A stretch of 64,000 nucleotides of DNA from a virus (taxonomy: Duplodnaviria; Caudoviricetes), in the IMG/VR virus record IMGVR_UViG_3300024259_001623; one strand, written 5' to 3'. Position 1 is the first letter of the stretch, and each line of letters starts with the position of its first letter. Position numbers and translations under genes: made by a program. Shown here in pieces: positions 58,177 to 64,000 of this stretch. The notes under the pieces are model-generated. The model saw nothing but the letters and a program-made list of their open reading frames with translations. It did not search any database and was not told the DNA's origin.

Positions 58177-58652
58177 TATATTATCAGACTGGATTTCTAT
58201 ACATAATCATTTGGAATATTTGAATTCAGTATATTTGCTTCTTTTATCTTCGCTTCTCGTATTTTCTCAAGCATTTTTGCTCTAATTAAACGAGAAGAAT
58301 GCATTTTACCACTAAGCATGTTCACTCTGCAACCAGTATCTTCGTGATGAAGGGTTTCCGAAAAACCAGGAATAATTGCTTCAATTAAGTCAGTGTTAAG
58401 TGTGATATATTTTAGCACTACGAAAGCCATTTTATTTATCTCCTAAATGTTTTCTAATCTGGTCAATAGTATCTGTAGCAGATTCACTTTTGCCTTCCAA
58501 AAAAGCAAGTTCCAAATTATCAGAAATCATTCGTTTTGCAGAATAATAATTTGCATCGCCTCTGAATAGTCCCATTGCAGACAAAATTTCAGACGCCTTA
58601 TTATCAAAATATTTTTTGCGTATTGCATCCATTATTTCTTTTCTCCTTCAAA

Positions 58653-58769
58653 TAAATAGGACGGGATTCGAACCCGCAACCTTCTGTTTCAGGTTGGATC
58701 AGCCTGTGAGGAATAGAACCTGCATAGGTCAGCCGTCGCTTGTATTTAACCAGTTAATACTACCTATTC
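58653..58769 (-). ncRNA. 117-nt expanded tRNA-like RNA
   Basis: GAATAGG/CCTATTT acceptor, GTATT/AATAC D-stem, GCGGG-TTCGAAT-CCCGT; ~60-nt insert. Confidence 0.65.
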
Positions 58770-58784
58770 ACCAATCAATCCAAA

Positions 58785-58939
58785 TACCAAGAGCAGGATT
58801 CGAACCTACACGCCTTTAGTTCCTATATACGCCTATGATATATAGCGAACTCTGTAAAATCAAATAGACTTCAAATATTCAACCTTACTTCAGCAACGGG
58901 TATTATCCCGTCGTGTCTAACCATTTCCACCATCTTGGG
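58785..58939 (-). ncRNA. 155-nt Leu-type tRNA-like RNA with a giant variable region
   Basis: GGTGGAAATGGTTAGACAC D-arm, ACGGG/CCCGT with a 6-nt loop, T-arm, A73. Confidence 0.65.
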
Positions 58940-58948
58940 ATATAACAA

Positions 58949-59109
58949 TGCAGAGAGTTGGACTCGAACCAACAAACCTAAGTAGAATAAAATCTAAGTT
59001 CATTCTTAACTTGCATACTAGACATCAATGTCCTTGTCATTGCACCCAGTTATGCTCTAGGTCATAGAACCATAAGCTCTAATTGCGTTACCAATTACGC
59101 TACCTCCGC
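58949..59109 (-). ncRNA. 161-nt expanded tRNA-like RNA
   Basis: GCGGAGG/TCTCTGC acceptor, GCGT/ACGC D-stem, GTTGG-TTCGAGT-CCAAC; multi-hairpin insert; 5' end overlaps the sigma-factor stop codon. Confidence 0.65.
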
Positions 59110-59916
59110 TTTAAATCCTTCCGCATACCTCGCAATATCAGCATTAATTCCACTCCTATCAATACTAAACAATCTATGAACTTCGCGTAAAGCCGCTTTA
59201 TATCTGTAATGCGCTCCACTCTCTGTCAGTCCAAGTTCCTTGGCTATTTGAATTTTTCCCTCTCCAAAAACAGCCGATTTAATAAGAATATCCCTATGTT
59301 CATTACTAAGCTTACTAATCAACGAATATACCAAATCTTTATCTTCAAGAGCCTGATCTGGACTTCTGTGAGGATCAAGTATCGGTGTATCAAAGTCCGG
59401 CGTTATCGTTATAGATTGTTTTGTAAACCATTTAACAGCACTATCTATGCAAGATATATTTTTATCTGACAAATTAGCCTCTTCTTTAATACGTTTTGGA
59501 GACTCATCTTGCTTACCATGCAAGTCAAATTGGGCCTTTCTATATGCAGCCATGTTACGACGAACAGAACGAGGAATACCACTCCATTCAGATTGACAAT
59601 CAACTATCATACCACGAACCCTTCTATACGCATAAAGAACAAAAGAATCAATCCCTTTGTCTTGCTGCTCCGGGTCAAACTTTCGTAACGCTTTCACTAA
59701 ACCTATAGAAGCTTCCGCTATCAAATCATCAAGGTCTACCTGTATATTAAAATACTTTTTAGTAGTAGAAGATAATTTAATAATCCAAGCCCAATAATTT
59801 TTTACCAAAATATTTTCATCATGGCTATTATGATCGGCTTTATATCTCAGCCATACTTTTTCTAACTTATTTTTATCTAAGCTTTTAGCTATGTTTAATC
59901 TTTTTTCTTTCTGCAT
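59095..59916 (-). CDS. sigma-70 family (FliA/sigma28-like) sigma factor
   Basis: DDLIAEASIGLVKALRKFDP, YAYRRVRGMIVD and a region 4 HTH IAKELGLTES. Confidence 0.9.
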   Translation of the reverse strand: MQKEKRLNIAKSLDKNKLEKVWLRYKADHNSHDENILVKNYWAWIIKLSSTTKKYFNIQVDLDDLIAEASIGLVKALRKFDPEQQDKGIDSFVLYAYRRVRGMIVDCQSEWSGIPRSVRRNMAAYRKAQFDLHGKQDESPKRIKEEANLSDKNISCIDSAVKWFTKQSITITPDFDTPILDPHRSPDQALEDKDLVYSLISKLSNEHRDILIKSAVFGEGKIQIAKELGLTESGAHYRYKAALREVHRLFSIDRSGINADIARYAEGFKAEVA

Positions 59917-59946
59917 CGTTTTTCCAATCCATTATATATCCACAAG

Positions 59947-60026
59947 GACCGTTAGTAGGAATTGAACCTACGAATATTCCCAGGCTTAACGCCATAGGAA
60001 TGCGTGTACCTCTCGCCTCAACGATC
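59947..60026 (-). ncRNA. tRNA-like RNA with a lengthened anticodon arm
   Basis: 8-bp acceptor (G-1:C73 style), T-arm GTAGG-TTCAATT-CCTAC, TTCCT/GGGAA plus inner GGC/GCC stem. Confidence 0.55.
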
Positions 60027-60041
60027 ATTTACAACAATAAG

Positions 60042-60203
60042 GGCCAGCGACCGGATTCGAACCGGCAAGCCTAGTATATTTTTCCAAAAACGATTACTTT
60101 TTCGAAGCATCCTTCGCAAATTCTGTATAACTTTTTATACAGTAATAATGCTTTCGGCCACGGGACCGTCTTCCCGCTGCGTTTCCAATGCGCCACACTG
60201 ACC
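60042..60203 (-). ncRNA. 162-nt expanded tRNA-like RNA
   Basis: GGTCAGTG/CGCTGGCC acceptor, GCGGG/CCCGT with an 8-nt loop, ~90-nt variable region with hairpins, T-arm. Confidence 0.65.
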
Positions 60204-60214
60204 ATATTAAACTA

Positions 60215-60487
60215 TTATACATCTCCATTCTTATCAATAGCCTTATCTTCATAAGGAGCAACAATCCTACGAGAGAACTCTGCTTTGCAACAATCAAACG
60301 TTCCTATAATGTCTTGTAACGTATGATATCTTACTCCAAGTCTCTCAGCAAGCTTCTTAGCTAATCTATACATAATATAATTATGATGACCTTTAATCGC
60401 CTCATCGGTTTCACAAGCGAGTATATCTACTAATTCATCTATGTACTCATCGTATTGTTCTCTCAATTCTTTTTTAATGTATGGCAT
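60215..60487 (-). CDS. conserved phage protein (DUF6899-like)
   Basis: MPYIK, G.HNY...L, K.EF.RR.VAPYED..I.KNGDV. Confidence 0.65.
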   Translation of the reverse strand: MPYIKKELREQYDEYIDELVDILACETDEAIKGHHNYIMYRLAKKLAERLGVRYHTLQDIIGTFDCCKAEFSRRIVAPYEDKAIDKNGDV

Positions 60488-60490
60488 ATC

Positions 60491-60796
60491 TTACTCCAAT
60501 GGGAATTCATCTTCCCAGTATTTTCTATCTTCTTTATCCCAAGGGATATGAAACCAACAAATTTCAAAACAATGAGGACAGCGAAACACTCCCGCCAAAT
60601 AAGTTCCTTTAAAAGAACATTTCCAGGGGGCTTCACAAGAACCAACAAAATCTTGTTCTTCTATATCTGAACAAAAATCACAAATATCTTCGTCACAATT
60701 AGGGCAAACTGAACCTTTTTCTACAGAATAATTGTGTTCGCCTAACAACGCTGAATTAACTCTTAAATGAGCATTTTTATACATGTCTGTTGGCAT
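60491..60796 (-). CDS. Cys-rich hypothetical protein
   Basis: CPNC and CPHC motifs. Confidence 0.55.
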   Translation of the reverse strand: MPTDMYKNAHLRVNSALLGEHNYSVEKGSVCPNCDEDICDFCSDIEEQDFVGSCEAPWKCSFKGTYLAGVFRCPHCFEICWFHIPWDKEDRKYWEDEFPLE

Positions 60797-61045
60797 TTTC
60801 TTCTTCTAATTTTACAATTATTCAGTCATACGACAATGCATAACGAAATCACCATCTAACGTCTTTTCTAAATAGCCACCTTCTCGCCTAACATCGGTTA
60901 ATGGGGCAGGTTCTCCATTCCCATTAATTTCAAACCAAAAATCTGCGTCTTGTTCGCCTTGCCCCTCATACCACTCCGCAAAAACTTTTGCTTGATTTTC
61001 GGTAATACCATCAATAATTAGCTTTGCCACTTCATTCTCCTTTAA

Positions 61046-61120
61046 TACGTCATATCAGATTCGAACTGATACCTCAACCTTGGAAGGGTCGTGTGCTAAA
61101 ACCATTAACACCAATGACGC
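61046..61120 (-). tRNA. tRNA-Gly(UCC)
   Basis: Loop CT TCC AA. Confidence 0.92.
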
Positions 61121-61271
61121 TTATGCAAATTATGTTTTTGAACTACCAGTCAGGGACATAATTTATAATCGTATAAAATAAAAATTCCACAATCATATTT
61201 TTTTTTAAAAAAAGGTTTATTTTGTTTTATGTCGAACTATAAATTATACCATAACATAGAGGAATACGGTC

Positions 61272-62039
61272 ATGCGAAAAAGAACTAGTAAAATATGGCA
61301 AATTTCCAAAACTGATCTTCAACTATTAGTTAATAAATCAAACAGTATCGTAGAAATATTAAAAACATTAGGTCTAAAACCTTATAGTGGCAATCATAGA
61401 ACATTACATAAAAGAATTCAAGAAGATAAAATATGTTTAAATCAGCTAGAAACAAATAGACATAATTGGAGAATTCATTTTATGCAATCTATGGGGTCAA
61501 AATACTCCATCAATAACAAAGATATATTTTGTAAAAATAGTAAATATTCTAACAACAGTCAAATAAAGAAAAAAATCATTAATGAATACGGGATTTTAGA
61601 ACAATGTTCTATCTGTCAAACAGGTAATATTTGGAATAATGAACCATTATCTTTACAATTAGATCATATTAATGGCATTAATAATGATCATAGATTGGAA
61701 AATTTAAGATTATTATGCCCTAACTGTCATAGCCAAACTGAAACTTTTTCTGGTAAAAGAAAAAAAACACAACAAAAACAATGTAAAAAATGTTCTCAGC
61801 CGATATCTGATAAAAAATTCGCCAAATTCTGTGAATCTTGCAGAACAAAAGAAAAACAAAAAAATTATATAAAACGATCTAAATTTAATCCTAATAAAGA
61901 AGAACTCACAAATGTACTGAAATCTAATAATTGGAATTACAGTGCTACTGGTAGACATTATAATGTCTCTGATAATTCAATTAGGAAAAAATGTAAAAAA
62001 CTAAACATAACAAAAGAAGGCAGGAACTCTGCCAATTGA
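61272..62039 (+). mobile_element. HNH homing endonuclease (plus strand, against the local gene orientation)
   Basis: CSIC..LQLDHINGINNDHRLENLRLLCPNCHSQT; GAGG RBS. Confidence 0.92.
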
Positions 62040-62050
62040 GTTACACCCGC
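62016..62050 (-). pseudogene. 5' half of a tRNA-Gly broken in the anticodon
   Basis: GCGGGTG TA ACTC AATTGGCA GAGT T CCTGC CT TC, then unrelated sequence. Confidence 0.75.
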
Positions 62051-62057
62051 TTATTAT

Positions 62058-62357
62058 TTAAGTAAAATGACTAAAAGCCCATACTTTTACATCAGCTTCC
62101 TCAATACCAAATTCACTGAAAATTAATGCTTGTAACACAGCAAATTCTTGTTCTGGAACATCAGTACAATTCGTTATTTCCAATCCATATCTGCTTTTGT
62201 CTATAACTTCACCAATGAACATATACTTTCCATTCATGCCATCAGAAATAACTGTCAAACCATTTTTGGATTCAATCGCATCCTTATACGAATTGTCCAG
62301 ATAATCTTCAACATCTTCAAATTCAAACTGGTCAAATGGCAATTTGACAGCCAACAT
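62058..62357 (-). CDS. hypothetical acidic protein
   Basis: 99-aa ORF. Confidence 0.55.
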   Translation of the reverse strand: MLAVKLPFDQFEFEDVEDYLDNSYKDAIESKNGLTVISDGMNGKYMFIGEVIDKSRYGLEITNCTDVPEQEFAVLQALIFSEFGIEEADVKVWAFSHFT

Positions 62358-62763
62358 AATCTATTCTATCAACACCCATGTTCTTTATCCTAATAAATGA
62401 TAAACCGGAAGGATACCAACATTGTCTCCATCCATGTCTACCTTTGTACCTTCTTTATCGTAAATATATTGAGGAATATCATTTATACAATTATAATCCT
62501 CATCTAAAAGAATATCATTATAACGAATACGATAAGTCAATTCAATAACATGCCTTCTTACCAATAAGCCTAAAACCCAAACTAAACGAATAACAGAAAA
62601 TTCTGTCTTTCGGTCAATAACATCAGTAGGGACAATTACTGTTTCATCAGGATAACTATTTCTCCATGACTGAAGAAGCCGCAATTCTTGCTCATATTCT
62701 GGAAAATCATTTTTATATTGTAAGAAGTTCATCTTCATACTTTATACAAAATCACATTCACTC

Positions 62764-63240
62764 TCAGGGACAAAAACTGATATCATTTTCTTTTAAATAC
62801 TTTTTGATATTCTCTATATCGTCGGACTGTTCAGCGAGTTGATGTTTAAACATGGCTAAAAAACATTTAGGCATATTCTCTACAATCTCGCCTTTAATTG
62901 TCATAACCCTTATGAACTCAGTAGGTTCTATTAGCCACATTTCACCAGTTATATCTTGATCATTTACTCCATGAGGCTCTGTTCCAATAACCTTATACTT
63001 TGTTCTATAAACATAAACATTAATGTATTTAGGAGCTTCAGTTATTTTCCAAGAACCAGTTATAGCCCATCTAGGAACTGCTCCAAAACATCCCCAAAGT
63101 TCAGGGGCAACACATATTCTAGGAACATCAGGTTCATCAGCGCTTCTGTTAGAGTCAGAAATCTCGTCTTGACCTTTTGGCGTTAGAAGCTTTTCTTTGC
63201 CCCATCGCTTCTTCGTAATATGATAATAATACTTCTTCAT
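62764..63240 (-). CDS. possible ADP-ribosyltransferase-like protein
   Basis: YYHIT first strand, PRICVA..LWGC, YVY and a distal Glu (TGEMW). Confidence 0.45.
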   Translation of the reverse strand: MKKYYYHITKKRWGKEKLLTPKGQDEISDSNRSADEPDVPRICVAPELWGCFGAVPRWAITGSWKITEAPKYINVYVYRTKYKVIGTEPHGVNDQDITGEMWLIEPTEFIRVMTIKGEIVENMPKCFLAMFKHQLAEQSDDIENIKKYLKENDISFCP

Positions 63241-63262
63241 TGTTTTAATCTTTCATCGTTAA

Positions 63263-63334
63263 TGGAGCTAGAGGGACTCGAACCCTCAAAAACACCGTGC
63301 AAAGGTGCTGGTTTCCCAATTAGCCTATAGCCCC
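63263..63334 (-). tRNA. tRNA-Ala(UGC)
   Basis: G3:U70 and A73; loop TT TGC AC. Confidence 0.95.
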
Positions 63335-63479
63335 GAATTATATTATACTAAGAACAAACGCAATTACTGAAATAAAACAAAACACAATTTGCCATTTTTT
63401 CGATACTTTTGGCATCCACGGCATTTTCTTACGTAACCAATCTTCTGTTTGTTGAGCATAATCTACTTTCGTGTTCATA

Positions 63480-63923
63480 TTATTTATTTTTTAAAGCCTT
63501 ATATATGGATACATTATTGGGATCAGCTTTATCCCAATCAATTTTATCATGATTTAATGCTCTTTTGGTTCCTCTGCATGATGGGCATATTACATACACC
63601 CCTCTGTCATCCCAACCATAATCCTTATTCTTAACTTGTCCGAAACTATCACAACGATTGCATTTTTCAAAAGTTAGAGTTTCGATATATTCGCATTGCT
63701 TACAAAACTTAACCCATGCAGCATCTAATGAAATATCGCTATTGTGAGCTATAATATAAGATAAAACATAAAACGATGTTTGACAAAAATCATCTTCAAC
63801 AATATTCTCTGGTATATTTAACTTATTATCAGATAAAACTTTAATAAACAGACCAGTTAACTCTCTGCCAGAGTAAGTTCTTCTCAACCATACCATATAT
63901 GCATCTAGATTATTAATATCCAT
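63480..63923 (-). CDS. protein with a DnaJ-type zinc finger
   Basis: CNRCDSFG ... CPSCRGT. Confidence 0.55.
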   Translation of the reverse strand: MDINNLDAYMVWLRRTYSGRELTGLFIKVLSDNKLNIPENIVEDDFCQTSFYVLSYIIAHNSDISLDAAWVKFCKQCEYIETLTFEKCNRCDSFGQVKNKDYGWDDRGVYVICPSCRGTKRALNHDKIDWDKADPNNVSIYKALKNK

Positions 63924-64000
63924 TATTATTTATTTCCATTTATGATCATCATCGTAATGCATATTAAATATATTTTCAAAAACATCTTTTTTGAGAGGAT

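Noticed and set aside
54-63634. Most plus-strand ORFs in the supplied track (e.g. 1815..2315, 3920..4450, 11545..12060, 19506..19991, 47398..47964)
   Set aside because: They are antisense shadows of better-supported minus-strand genes or RNAs and have no motifs. Only 61272..62039 is accepted.

Overview
The window looks like part of a large (jumbo-type) bacteriophage genome. Small genes are densely packed, almost all on the minus strand, and read in the standard code 11. It has sigma70-like promoters, 13 complete canonical tRNA genes (none encodes CCA), two phage sigma factors, several homing endonucleases and a Cys2-initial protein family amplified to 12 copies. It reads as an accessory or host-conflict region centred on RNA handling and ADP-ribose. 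The strongest signals are: (1) a Ro60/TROVE gene preceded by an array of seven Y RNAs, three of them circularly permuted tRNA mimics; (2) eight tRNA-scaffolded RNAs whose anticodon or variable regions carry large structured inserts, including a tRNA nested inside a tRNA; (3) an HNH-RNA ligase gene fractured by a naturally split intein, with a Vsr/EDxHD-type endonuclease between the halves; (4) a WGR-PARP gene and a tRNA-Gly, each interrupted by a homing endonuclease that sits next to a replacement copy. All calls come from reading motifs and base pairing by eye; no database search or folding program was run.
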